DNA of 64,000 nucleotides from an uncultured Helicobacter sp. (GCA_964630205.1 CAZVTM010000006.1:8022-72021); one strand, 5' to 3'; positions 1 to 9,597 are shown, counted from the first letter of the stretch. Numbers and translations are program-made. Notes: generated from the letters alone by a model not told the origin.

Positions 1-1
1 C

Positions 2-802
2 TTGTTACTGGATATACGTAGTTGCTCAAACTCACCAAGAGGCTTCATGTTGTCTAATTTTAATATAACAGCAAAAATAGCTGACGAGAATGAAATAAAA
101 AAGTTTGAAGGTGTTGTAAAGTTAGGGCATCATACATTTATTAATTTTTTATCATCACCATTCAAATATGTAAAATATCTCACACAGCACTACTGCAGAA
201 TACCGGAAAAGTCTCACTCATACAACAAATATAGTATGCATTTTAATGGAAACGCATACGTATATGGAGCTTGGCAATCCCCTAAATATTTTTGCAATAT
301 AAAAAATGAAATATACAAGATTTATACTATAAAAAATAAGATTGACAATGAAAACTTAAGAACATTAGAAAAAATTAGCAGGACAGATTCCGTCTCAATT
401 CATATAAGACGAGGAGACTATATAAGCGAAAAGTACAAAAACGACTTCGCACAATTAGATGTGGACTATTATGCAAAGTCTATTGACTACATAAAGAGCC
501 TATATCCAAATGCAGTATTTTTCATTTTTTCAAATGATATTAATTGGTGTAAAAATAATTTTGGATATTCCGATGCCTTTCAATACGTAGACCACAACAG
601 TGAAATGAATGGGCACTTTGATATGTATCTTATGTCAAAGTGCAAACACAACATAATCGCAAATAGTACATTTAGTTGGTGGGGTGCATGGCTAAATCAA
701 AATGAAAATAAGATTGTCATTTGCCCATCAAAGTGGTTTGGCCCAAATTTAAAAAACCACAGCATAAGAGATCTCTATGAAGAAAGCTGGATTCAGCTAT
801 AA
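2..802 (+). CDS. alpha-1,2-fucosyltransferase, GT11 family (5' partial, runs off window start)
   Basis: The frame is open to the window edge. It contains the 'HIRRGDY' motif and the C-terminal 'NSTFSWWGAWL' typical of GT11 FutC/WbsJ-type fucosyltransferases. Confidence 0.75.
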   Translation: MLLDIRSCSNSPRGFMLSNFNITAKIADENEIKKFEGVVKLGHHTFINFLSSPFKYVKYLTQHYCRIPEKSHSYNKYSMHFNGNAYVYGAWQSPKYFCNIKNEIYKIYTIKNKIDNENLRTLEKISRTDSVSIHIRRGDYISEKYKNDFAQLDVDYYAKSIDYIKSLYPNAVFFIFSNDINWCKNNFGYSDAFQYVDHNSEMNGHFDMYLMSKCKHNIIANSTFSWWGAWLNQNENKIVICPSKWFGPNLKNHSIRDLYEESWIQL

Positions 803-1882
803 CCTAGTCCGCAAATGAGCAAATACATCAACCATTGCAATTAGATTCATCGCTTCTGCACTTCTGTGTTTTTTTGCACCATCTCCTCTTATATAAGAAC
901 CATCTTTTTGTATAACAATATGCTTATCCAAATCCTGATACGCACCAGTTTCCTTACTCTCTGAGCCACTAAATAATTCAACCGTCGGCACACCAAGCGC
1001 AATAGCCACATGCATAGTTCCTGTATCGTTTGTCACCAAAACATCCATCTCGTTTATCAGTTTTGGCAGACTTTCGATAGCAAACTTGCCGCAAAAGTTT
1101 ATTATTCTCTCGCTATTTGCCTCTTTTATCACTTCTCCGAGTTTATGTTCTTTTTTACTTCCGGTTACGGCTATCACAGCGTTTGGATACTGGGCTAGTA
1201 TCATGTTTGCTAACTCTTTGAAGTTCTGGGCAGGCCACATCTTGTAGATATTTGCTGCCCCGGGCTGAAAACCTACGACTAGAGCGTCTCCATTCAATAT
1301 CTCTCTTTTTTTATGTTCATAATATCTTTGCGGAAGCAACATTCTGGTAGTTAGCTTCTCGCCGCCGATGGAGCGCACAAGGTCTAGCCTATCCTCTATC
1401 GTGTGTTGCTCTTTTTTGGAAAATTCATAACTAAGATGGTGCCTATAACTACTTTTTGTCGGAGTTTTGAGTATAGTTTTTGCGCCGCCCATTATCGCCA
1501 TCGGTATATCTTGCGGCCCGTTTGAGTGAAGCAAGAGGGCAATATCCGGTTTTGTATGCCTCAACTGCATCACGGTAGCAAAAAACTTTTTGAACCCGCC
1601 GTGATAGACTATGAAGTTGTCTATATATTCCGCCCCCTCAAGCAGCGGATAGATATTTTTGTGGACAAAAAGAGTAATTCTGGCATTTGGAAAAGAGTCT
1701 TTTAGGCTTTTGATTGCCGGGGTTGATAGCAGGGTGTCGCCGAGAGCGGTATTTGAAAAGACGAGTATTGAATTTTTTGGCGTATTTTTTAGCTCGTCGT
1801 AGCTTTTTTTCAGCGGTGTGCCGTTAAAGCGCACATACACCCAGAGGGCAAAATCCATCAAAAATTTATAAACAAACTTCAA
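797..1882 (-). CDS. glycosyltransferase family 9 (LPS/LOS heptosyltransferase-like)
   Basis: N-terminal 'ILVFSNTALGDTLLSTPAIKSLK' and C-terminal 'LVTNDTGTMHVAIALGVPTVELFSGS' are GT9 signature regions. It overlaps the next GT9 gene by 4 nt. Confidence 0.8.
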   Translation of the reverse strand: MKFVYKFLMDFALWVYVRFNGTPLKKSYDELKNTPKNSILVFSNTALGDTLLSTPAIKSLKDSFPNARITLFVHKNIYPLLEGAEYIDNFIVYHGGFKKFFATVMQLRHTKPDIALLLHSNGPQDIPMAIMGGAKTILKTPTKSSYRHHLSYEFSKKEQHTIEDRLDLVRSIGGEKLTTRMLLPQRYYEHKKREILNGDALVVGFQPGAANIYKMWPAQNFKELANMILAQYPNAVIAVTGSKKEHKLGEVIKEANSERIINFCGKFAIESLPKLINEMDVLVTNDTGTMHVAIALGVPTVELFSGSESKETGAYQDLDKHIVIQKDGSYIRGDGAKKHRSAEAMNLIAMVDVFAHLRTRL

Positions 1883-2925
1883 ATCATATCCCTAACCGCA
1901 GCGTAAACGCTATCCGGCAAAATATCGTCTGCGACTTTTGATTCAGAGGTCAAAACGACGCTTTTTGGATGATACGGTTTCCAAGTATCGACATTTGTTT
2001 TGCCAAATATCGCAACAACCGAGGGCGCAAAAACAGCCCCATAGTGCATGGCCCCGCCGTCCAAAGTCACAAGGCATTTTGAGTATTTGCAAAGGGCGCC
2101 AAACTCAGCGAGAGAGCCGGTCTCAAAATATTTGATTCGCTCACTACAAAACAGCTCTTTTGCTTCGCCCTCTTCAACACTTTTGGGGGCAGCTGTTACT
2201 GCTACTTTGAGGTCAGAATATACCGAAATAAGCGAAGCTAATCTCAAAAATTTATCTATTTTCCATCTATTCACAGATAGTCTTGATGAAATGTGAAATA
2301 CCACATATTTACCACACTTAAAATCAGACTCTTTTAGTCTGCAAAGCACGCTTTCATCGGCTACGGGCAATATATTCACATATGGACGGTAATTTTTGTC
2401 TTCTACGCCAAACAGCTTCAGACAATCAAACGCATTTTGCACCTCATGCTTGCCCGCAGGGCTCTCGTCGATAAAGGCGTCAAAATAAACCATGTCTTTT
2501 TTATTTTGCGGTAGGCGAACCACCTTTGTCTTTGCCCCGCTCCAGCTAACAAGCGCCGCATTTGAACGGCTAAACGAGCTACGAAGCCCGACTGCGTAAT
2601 CAAACTTTTCGCCTCGTACGGCAAGCATCGTTTTGAGGTGTCCAACCCATGCCGACAGCTTCGCCGCAACCCCTTTGTGGTGCTTTGCCTTCTCATACAC
2701 AAAGAGTCTATCTATGTATGGATTGTCAAGGAACGCCTCTTTGGAGTACCCGGCGCAAAGGACGCCGATAAAACATGTCGGAAACTGCTCCTTTATCGCT
2801 TGAAACACCGGCGTCGAGAGTACAGCGTCGCCTATATTGTCGTTTCTCACAAGCAGGATTTTTTTATTGTTTAAATCTAGCATAAAGCCCTCCGAGAATA
2901 GGCGACGAATAGAGTCTAAGCGCAC
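1879..2925 (-). CDS. glycosyltransferase family 9 (heptosyltransferase-like)
   Basis: 'ILLVRNDNIGDAVLSTPVFQAIKEQFP' and 'LVTLDGGAMHYGAVFAPSVVAIFGKTN' are GT9 motifs. An alternative start at M15 (2883) is possible. Confidence 0.8.
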   Translation of the reverse strand: MRLDSIRRLFSEGFMLDLNNKKILLVRNDNIGDAVLSTPVFQAIKEQFPTCFIGVLCAGYSKEAFLDNPYIDRLFVYEKAKHHKGVAAKLSAWVGHLKTMLAVRGEKFDYAVGLRSSFSRSNAALVSWSGAKTKVVRLPQNKKDMVYFDAFIDESPAGKHEVQNAFDCLKLFGVEDKNYRPYVNILPVADESVLCRLKESDFKCGKYVVFHISSRLSVNRWKIDKFLRLASLISVYSDLKVAVTAAPKSVEEGEAKELFCSERIKYFETGSLAEFGALCKYSKCLVTLDGGAMHYGAVFAPSVVAIFGKTNVDTWKPYHPKSVVLTSESKVADDILPDSVYAAVRDMI

Positions 2926-3646
2926 CCTTTAGCCACTTTGCGTCTTTGTCTTTTACCGATATTCTTTTGATCTCGCTTGTGTCGCCATCAGCCAAATTGA
3001 CCCCTCTTTTGGTCGTATACAGCACTTCAAACCCAAGACTCTGCGCCAAATCTATAAGCTCTGCCGTATAGTTACCTCTAGGCCAGCAGAGGTGTTTTGT
3101 GCTTCCGCCGTGTTTTGAGATATGTGATTTTGATAGCGCAAGGTCGTCCCTCCACTCACCCATCCCAAGCTCTTCGTTATCGTGAGCGTTTGAGTGTGAG
3201 GCAAAGTCAAAAACATCACCCATAAGCACCAAATCATCCCAGTTTATCACAGCAGACGCAGGCTCTTCGTAAGCTAGTTTTTTGCCCTCTCTGTGATTTG
3301 GGATATATATCTCATCCGACGCCCTTTTGTCCTCGCTAGCCCTCTCCACCCAGTCTGTAACGACAAAAATCGTAGCCCTCAGAGAGTATTTTTTGAGTAT
3401 TGGATATGCCACCAGATAATTGTCTATCCAGCCGTCGTCGAATGTGATAAGTACGCTCTTTTTTGGCAGTTCCAGCTCCCCTTTTTTGAATGCCAAAAAC
3501 TCATCCAAACTTAGTGTCTTATAGCCACTCTGCGAGAGAAATTTCGCATGAGATTCAAAATTTTCCGGCGTTATCGTCACGAGCGCACCTTTGTGGCTGC
3601 TCACATGATGATACATGAGGACGGGAACGCTGAGCGCTTTTTTCAT
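2864..3646 (-). CDS. polysaccharide deacetylase (NodB homology domain)
   Basis: Contains the 'VLITFDDGWIDNYLVAYPILKKYSLRATIFVV' NodB motif and downstream His residues. It lies within the LOS gene cluster. Confidence 0.8.
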   Translation of the reverse strand: MKKALSVPVLMYHHVSSHKGALVTITPENFESHAKFLSQSGYKTLSLDEFLAFKKGELELPKKSVLITFDDGWIDNYLVAYPILKKYSLRATIFVVTDWVERASEDKRASDEIYIPNHREGKKLAYEEPASAVINWDDLVLMGDVFDFASHSNAHDNEELGMGEWRDDLALSKSHISKHGGSTKHLCWPRGNYTAELIDLAQSLGFEVLYTTKRGVNLADGDTSEIKRISVKDKDAKWLKGALRLYSSPILGGLYARFKQ

Positions 3647-4713
3647 TTTGCTAGTATTTCCTCGTACTGTTTTAGCGTATCGGCTACCATCTTTTCAACC
3701 GAAAATTTCTCGATCACAAACTCTCTAGCCCTTCTGCTGGCCCGCGCATGAAACTCTTTATCCACGATAAATCTCTCTATCTTATCCGCCATATCATCGA
3801 CATTTTCGCACTCAAATAGCAGTCCGCTTCCACCATCTTCTAACGCCTCGGGTATGCCGCCGACCCTAGAGCCGACTACCGGCACACCGCACGACTGCGC
3901 CTCCAGTAACGCCGTGCCGAGAGCCTCCATATTTGAAGGGAGCACAAAAAGGTCTAATGCGCTTAGAATATTAACCGTATCGTTTCTAAAGCCGGTCATT
4001 ATGACCCTGCCATCCATGCCGCTCTCTTTTATTTTGTTTTGGAGATTTTCCCACTGCGGCCCTTCGCCCGCGATGACTAGCTTCACATCATACTTTTCGG
4101 ATAGTTTTTTGACCGCGTCTATCAGGTCTTTGTGTCTTTTTGCACCTCTTAGTATCGCCACTATTCCAACTAGGAATGTCTCTTTGCTGATTCCTAGCTC
4201 CCCTCTGAGGCTACTCTCTCCCTTTTGGAAATGCTCGGTGTCTATGCCCGTGTATATAAGTCTAATTTTTTCTTTTCTTACGCCGCGAGAGGCTATGTAT
4301 TCGCTTACTCCCACGCTTATCGCCGTCACTTCATCCGCTAGATATTTGTAGCTAAAAGGGCTTGCAAATGGGGTTTGAAGATGGCGCACCCTGACACATT
4401 TCACACCTGCAAGCTTCGCCGCCATACCGCCCAGCCAGCCGTCTCTGCCTGAATGCGTGGACACGATGTCGATGCCGAGCTCTTTGATATATTTTGCAAT
4501 GGTTAACACAGCCGGAATATCATAGCTAGCACGGGTCTTCACGGGCAAACACTCTATGCCAAGCTCACCTTGCATAGCCATTAGTTTACTATCTGGATTG
4601 ACGGCAAAATATGTCTTAACCTTATCTTTTGGCATATGATTTGCCAGCCTGACGGTTCTCTTTTCCTGCCCGCCCCAACCCTTTGAAGCTTCTACCTCTA
4701 GTACTTTTATCAA
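3643..4713 (-). CDS. glycosyltransferase family 4 (GT-B, RfaG-like)
   Basis: The C-terminal 'VLPSNMEALGTALLEAQSCGVPVVGSRVGGIPEAL' is an E-x7-E GT4 motif. It overlaps the downstream gene by 4 nt. Confidence 0.85.
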   Translation of the reverse strand: MIKVLEVEASKGWGGQEKRTVRLANHMPKDKVKTYFAVNPDSKLMAMQGELGIECLPVKTRASYDIPAVLTIAKYIKELGIDIVSTHSGRDGWLGGMAAKLAGVKCVRVRHLQTPFASPFSYKYLADEVTAISVGVSEYIASRGVRKEKIRLIYTGIDTEHFQKGESSLRGELGISKETFLVGIVAILRGAKRHKDLIDAVKKLSEKYDVKLVIAGEGPQWENLQNKIKESGMDGRVIMTGFRNDTVNILSALDLFVLPSNMEALGTALLEAQSCGVPVVGSRVGGIPEALEDGGSGLLFECENVDDMADKIERFIVDKEFHARASRRAREFVIEKFSVEKMVADTLKQYEEILAK

Positions 4714-4744
4714 AATTAAATACCCTTTTAATTACACTTTATCC

Positions 4745-5497
4745 ATGAATTTACAATCAATCAGCGTAACGATTTTAACCAAAAACGGCAAAAAACACAT
4801 CAAGGATGTCCTTGAAGCCTTGAGAGAGTTTGGCGAAGTAATACTCCTAGACAACAGCTCCACGGATGAAACCGTACAAATAGCGTCGTCGTTTGCCAAT
4901 GTCAAAGTCCACTCGTTGGAGTGCTTTGAAGGTTTTGGCAAAGCACACCGTCTTATGGAGGATTTGGCATGCAACGACTGGATACTATCTATCGACTCGG
5001 ATGAAGTGCTGAGCAATGAAGCGATAGAAGGGATAAAAGAAACAGAGGCAAACCATAACTTCATATATGAATTTGCGTTTAGAAACTACTTCAACGGCAA
5101 ATGGATAAAAACATGCGGCTGGTATCCGGATGCACACCCTAGACTATATAACAAACAAAAAGCTCGTTTTACTGATAGTTTCGTCCATGAAAAGGTAGTC
5201 GGCGAAGACATGCAGACAAAAAGAATATCGGGATACATAACTCATTACTCCTACGACGGTGTAGAGGATTTTTTAAGAAAAATGCAAAATTACAGCACAC
5301 TTTTTGCCGAGCAAAATAGAGGTAAAAAAAGCTCATCCGTATGTAAGGCTCTCGCTCACGGCTGTTTTGGATTTTTTAAAAGCTATATCCTAAAGCGTGG
5401 TTTTATACAGGGGTACGAGGGTTTTATCATTAGCTACTACAATGCCCAGACTGCTTTTTGGAAATACATCAAATTATACGAGGCGAATAAAAAATAA
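4745..5497 (+). CDS. glycosyltransferase family 2
   Basis: 'ISVTILTKNGKKHIKDVLEAL...LLDNSSTDET' and 'SIDSDEVLS' (DxD-like) match a GT2 fold signature. Confidence 0.8.
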   Translation: MNLQSISVTILTKNGKKHIKDVLEALREFGEVILLDNSSTDETVQIASSFANVKVHSLECFEGFGKAHRLMEDLACNDWILSIDSDEVLSNEAIEGIKETEANHNFIYEFAFRNYFNGKWIKTCGWYPDAHPRLYNKQKARFTDSFVHEKVVGEDMQTKRISGYITHYSYDGVEDFLRKMQNYSTLFAEQNRGKKSSSVCKALAHGCFGFFKSYILKRGFIQGYEGFIISYYNAQTAFWKYIKLYEANKK

Positions 5498-6159
5498 TGC
5501 TTTACATTCCAATGTACCACTATGCATCAGAGCGCAAACGAGGCAACTCCAAAGATGTGCTAAAACGACATTTTGAGTATTACGCCGAAAATTTCTGTTC
5601 CGTACTGCCGACAGATAAACTATGTGACGACAAGCAAAATATCTGCATTACATTTGACGACGGATACAAAGACTTCGGCGAGGTGGCATTGCCGCTTCTT
5701 AGGGAGTTTGGTCTAAAAGCCATTTTGGCGGTTTCTCCCGGTTTAATAGAAGAAGATAAAAACGGCGTTTATATGGGATGGAGCGAGCTGCATGAGGCTA
5801 TGAATTATAAAAATCTGGAAATTGCCGCACACGGACTAACACATAAAATAATAGCAGATAGAGAACATGCTAGATACGAGGCTGTAGAGGCAAAAAAAAT
5901 TATAGAAGACAAACTTGCATATACGCCACGCTCATTTGTCTACCCATACGGTAAATTTACCATCGAAGCCCACAAAGAGATAAAAAAAGAGTATGAGTTT
6001 GTCTTTCGTATAGGTGGAGCGGCAAACGTCGGCTGGGGTCAAAATATGTTTTATAGATTTTCTGCCGACAACACCGATAATCCAAAGAGCATGTTTACAA
6101 AGTTTAAAAAAGTTACCCTACTGGTCAAAATGTATATCAATCTGCATCGTGGATTATAA
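5497..6159 (+). CDS. polysaccharide deacetylase (NodB homology domain), second copy
   Basis: Contains 'ICITFDDGYKDFGEVALPLLREFGLKAILAV' and 'AAHGLTH'. Its start shares one nucleotide with the GT2 stop. Confidence 0.75.
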   Translation: MLYIPMYHYASERKRGNSKDVLKRHFEYYAENFCSVLPTDKLCDDKQNICITFDDGYKDFGEVALPLLREFGLKAILAVSPGLIEEDKNGVYMGWSELHEAMNYKNLEIAAHGLTHKIIADREHARYEAVEAKKIIEDKLAYTPRSFVYPYGKFTIEAHKEIKKEYEFVFRIGGAANVGWGQNMFYRFSADNTDNPKSMFTKFKKVTLLVKMYINLHRGL

Positions 6160-6230
6160 AAAAATATTAAGCAATATATTTGTAACTTTTTTGCTACTAT
6201 TTAGAAAAATATCCTTTAAAAAGGCTTTAA

Positions 6231-7254
6231 ATGTACGATAGGTATTCGGTCCAAAAAATAGTTTTTGCACTTACGATGCTTGTGAATATTTTAATTACCG
6301 TATTTTTGGACGGCTACTACTACATCAGCGGTAAAGAAAATTTAACCGTACAGATAGATGACAAGCTAAAAACCGTCGCGATGAGCATAAGACCGATGAT
6401 GGATACCTACAACGAAGAGATAAACGGAACAGGCTCAATCACTCCGGCTAGATATAAGGAAATACTAAAAAATCTAAGCCACTATACCGACTCTATAGGT
6501 GTAGAATATGTTTATCCCTTGATACAGCAAGTGGGGTAGCCATAGGTCGTACTTTGTTCCATTCAAAACGGCTAGCGGCAAAGAATATGTAGTCGGTATA
6601 GATGTATCGCCAAAAAGTATTAGCGACACACTAAATACACTACTTTTGGATGCTTTGATAGTAGGGGCTATAGTTAATATAATCACGGTTATCATCGCCC
6701 ATCTTCTATTTAAACCTTTTGTAATGCGGATAAGAGGCTTTACCGGTAAAATAAAAAATGCAAGCCAAAAGAGCAAAGAGATAAAAGATAGCGTATACGG
6801 AGCCGCAAGAGAGGCGGCAAGAGCTGGGGAGCACGGCAGAGGTTTTGCCGTCGTCGCAGATGAGGTCCGCAAACTAGCGGAAAGAACTCAAAAAAGCCTT
6901 GTAGAGATCAACTCTACCATTATGGTCATATCTCAATCAATAGTTGACGCTAGCGAGCAAATAGACAAAAATGCGCAAGCGATAGAAGGGATAAGCGGAT
7001 TCGCACATACGCTTGAAGAGACAATGGAAGATTCATCAAAAAGTATGCAGTCCGTCATTAGCGGCACCGACAACAATCTAGCCATGTCATCGCAAACTAT
7101 AAAAGCCGTTGATTACATCGTAGATGAGATATCAAAAATAGAATAGCTATCAAAAAACAATACCGCTCATGCAAAATCAGTAGCTACATTAGCTGAAGAG
7201 CTGCTAAGGGATATGAATGCCCTTGATAGCAACCTAAGAGAATTTAAGCTTTAA
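6231..7254 (+). pseudogene. methyl-accepting chemotaxis protein, decayed (frameshift, internal deletion, in-frame stop)
   Basis: The N-terminal TM plus Cache-like piece (6231..6539) stops at a G4 run. The reading continues in the +1 frame with '[11 protein letters not shown]', TM2, and the MCP hairpin tip '[22 protein letters not shown]'. Only about 30 residues separate TM2 from the tip. TAG at 7144-7146 is followed in frame by an MCP-like C-terminus '...LAEELLRDMNALDSNLREFKL' ending at 7254. Confidence 0.7.
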
Positions 7255-8350
7255 GCTTAGCTTTTATCTCCCCTTTTAGGGCTTCAAGCGGGTATTCGAG
7301 GAGGCATTTGCTTTTTTTGCTTCCCTCACACCCATCCCGTCCGCACGGGGCACAGTCCCAATCTACTTGAAACATCGTGTGTTTTCCCATCCGCTGAACG
7401 CCGTTTCTCGCCGTATATGTACACTCAGCCACCTCATTATCCCACGCCCCCCAGTTGAATACACCAGATGGTCCAAATACCGATATGCACGGCGTATTTT
7501 GGCTTGCCGCTATGTGCATTGCCGCTGTATCCGCCCCAAAAAACAGTTTTGCTTTTTTGCTTAGGGCGACCAGCTGTTTTAGCGTCAGTTTGCCGGCAAG
7601 ATTTAGCGGCGAGCTTTTGCAAGACAAGAGTATCTCATCCACCATCTGAAGCTCTTTTGTATCAGGAGCGGCGGTGACGACGACTTTCACGCCAAGGGTC
7701 TCGATGAAATCTATAATCTCTGCGTTTTGCATAGGGGAGAGACATTTGAAAAACCATCTTGAGGCAGGATGAACATGCACAAACTCTTTTGTATCACCGA
7801 GCAGTTCTTCCACTTTTGCCTCGTCGCTATGGGCAAAAAACAGCTCCACCTCTTTGTATTTTGGACTAAGCCCAAAAGCTCTGAGGGCGTCCAAGTTTGA
7901 CTCCACCAGATGGCGCATCAAAGTCAACCGAAACGAATGGGTATAGGGCGAAAACTTTGCAAATATCCCTTTTTTTGCCACCACCCCTACACGCACCCTT
8001 GCCCCTGATACAAGAGCGGCATATCCACCCCGCTCTCCTTCTGTGGTATTGATGACGATGTCATACCCTCTCTTTCGAATGTTAGCATACAATGACAGCT
8101 CATACTTGAGTCGCCCAAGTATCCCGCTAGACTTCACCTTTTTACGGTCATAGACAAATACCTCATCGATATAGGGGTTGAGCGTCAGCATCTCCTTTGA
8201 TTCGGCATTTACCAGATAATCCACCTTTGCATCAGGATATGCTTCTTTAAGATTTTTGGCAAGCACGGCTGAGAGGAGCACATCACCTATGTGACGAAAT
8301 TTCATTACAAGGATTTTCAAACTTGAATGCTTCTTTGCATATCTCTTCAC
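7244..8350 (-). CDS. glycosyltransferase family 9 (heptosyltransferase III/WaaQ-like)
   Basis: Contains 'ILVMKFRHIGDVLLSAVLAKNLKEAYP' and 'FFGADTAAMHIAASQNTPCISVFGPS', plus a Cys-rich C-terminus 'WDCAPCGRDGCEG'. It uses a GTG start. Confidence 0.8.
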   Translation of the reverse strand: MKRYAKKHSSLKILVMKFRHIGDVLLSAVLAKNLKEAYPDAKVDYLVNAESKEMLTLNPYIDEVFVYDRKKVKSSGILGRLKYELSLYANIRKRGYDIVINTTEGERGGYAALVSGARVRVGVVAKKGIFAKFSPYTHSFRLTLMRHLVESNLDALRAFGLSPKYKEVELFFAHSDEAKVEELLGDTKEFVHVHPASRWFFKCLSPMQNAEIIDFIETLGVKVVVTAAPDTKELQMVDEILLSCKSSPLNLAGKLTLKQLVALSKKAKLFFGADTAAMHIAASQNTPCISVFGPSGVFNWGAWDNEVAECTYTARNGVQRMGKHTMFQVDWDCAPCGRDGCEGSKKSKCLLEYPLEALKGEIKAKLKA

Positions 8351-8418
8351 CTTAGCGTCTTACACCATAAAAGATTGGACAACCAGACCCTGCACCAATG
8401 CACAACTCTTCGTTTAAT

Positions 8419-8913
8419 TTAGCCATCTACCCGCCCAGACTCTGCGCACTTATCTTGCCCCAAAAACTCTTTTGACAATAGCCCAATTAACTCTTCAATT
8501 TTTTTAATGCTAAGCTTGGACTTGAATATGTTTTTTGGATTCTTCGTATCCTTATCATAAAAAGCTATTGATGAAATTTCATTGTTTTTCTTATTTGTAA
8601 CTAAACTTTTCTTACTCAAACGTGCTATCGAATTTCTTAAATGTCTCAAATAGTTTTTAAAATCATGCAGCTCTTCTTTGCCCTTGTATGCATACTCCCA
8701 CTCTTTGGGCTTGTTATTTTGTAGAAACTTGTCCAATTCTGCATTTGATGCTATACCGCTTTCTTTTACAAAAACTATTAATCCCAGAAAAGAGTTTACA
8801 AGCTGCGTCTGCTCAAATTCAAAGCCTTTGCTATTAGTGCTCTTATACTTTTTATACAGCTCCAAATTATGTTTTGTTCTGCAAACAAAATCTTTCTCAT
8901 TTTTCCAAACCAT
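8419..8913 (-). CDS. HEPN-like protein (pEK499_p136-type by recollection) with Arg in place of the motif His
   Basis: The pattern 'FEQTQLVNSFLGLIVF...YLRHLRNSIAR...ISSIAFYDKD' resembles stand-alone HEPN proteins. The expected Rx4-6H histidine is CGT (Arg). An AGGAT SD lies 6 nt upstream, and the gene starts 21 nt after the hepT stop. Confidence 0.5.
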   Translation of the reverse strand: MVWKNEKDFVCRTKHNLELYKKYKSTNSKGFEFEQTQLVNSFLGLIVFVKESGIASNAELDKFLQNNKPKEWEYAYKGKEELHDFKNYLRHLRNSIARLSKKSLVTNKKNNEISSIAFYDKDTKNPKNIFKSKLSIKKIEELIGLLSKEFLGQDKCAESGRVDG

Positions 8914-8934
8914 CTTAAATCCTACACGTGTTAC

Positions 8935-9258
8935 TTACTGCATATTTAACAATACTAGTCTGAGCCTCGGCAAATGATTTCTCAAAACATCTTCAATAAC
9001 CACCTTATTCACACCCTCATAATCATGCGCTATAAAGTTTCTAGTCTTGTACGCCCCTTTTGCATCCTCCAATAGGCCATGCTTTTTTAGGATAGTTTCA
9101 TCCAGCTTGCCCAGTGTCTCGCCGATTTGCAACAGGTTCATAAGCGTTGCATTAAAGGCCATTTTATTATTTAGTACCGCTTCGATGGAGCCAAGAGTTG
9201 TTTTGTACTCTTCTATTTCGTCTATCATTTTGAGCAAAAATTCTATCTTCGCACTCAT
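8935..9258 (-). CDS. hepT: HepT (DUF86) HEPN-domain toxin of a type VII TA pair
   Basis: Contains the 'KTRNFIAHDYEGV' Rx4HxY HEPN motif. It is about 107 aa and has an ATGA overlap with the upstream NTase gene. Confidence 0.85.
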   Translation of the reverse strand: MSAKIEFLLKMIDEIEEYKTTLGSIEAVLNNKMAFNATLMNLLQIGETLGKLDETILKKHGLLEDAKGAYKTRNFIAHDYEGVNKVVIEDVLRNHLPRLRLVLLNMQ

Positions 9259-9566
9259 AACGCCACCAAATCTCTCAAGATATATTTTTTGCCTATCTCA
9301 TTTAGCGTATCAGCATCCGCAAGGTCTACATCTTTGTGAAGTCTCGTCTTTAGCAACTCTTTTATCTCATCAATTCTCGCATACGCCCTAAAACCACCGT
9401 ATTTTGACAAAAATTTCGGAGCATCGAGACGGTAAAGTATGTCAACATCACTACTAGGCTTCGCTTCATTTCTAGCTTGTGAGCCAAAAATGCCGATAAT
9501 CACAAAGCCGTCATCAAGCAACTCACTTTTTGCCTCTTGAATAACTTTTATCTCATTTTCTAGCAT
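9255..9566 (-). CDS. mntA: MntA nucleotidyltransferase antitoxin
   Basis: Contains the minimal NTase motif 'GIFGSQARNEAKPSSDVDILY' (GS-x10-SDxD). It is 103 aa and overlaps hepT by 4 nt. Confidence 0.85.
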   Translation of the reverse strand: MLENEIKVIQEAKSELLDDGFVIIGIFGSQARNEAKPSSDVDILYRLDAPKFLSKYGGFRAYARIDEIKELLKTRLHKDVDLADADTLNEIGKKYILRDLVAL

Positions 9567-9597
9567 CTTTGTTTTTCCGTTTTTTTGTGATTATAAC

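Noticed and set aside
8352-8426. A 24-codon ORF (MAKLNEELCIGAGSGCPIFYGVRR) lies between the HEPN-like gene and the GT9 gene. Its ATG is nested in the HEPN-like gene's last codons and its stop is 1 nt before the GT9 GTG.
   Set aside because: It has no convincing SD and no recognisable motif, and it is very short. It may only be spacer sequence. Conservation would have to be shown first.
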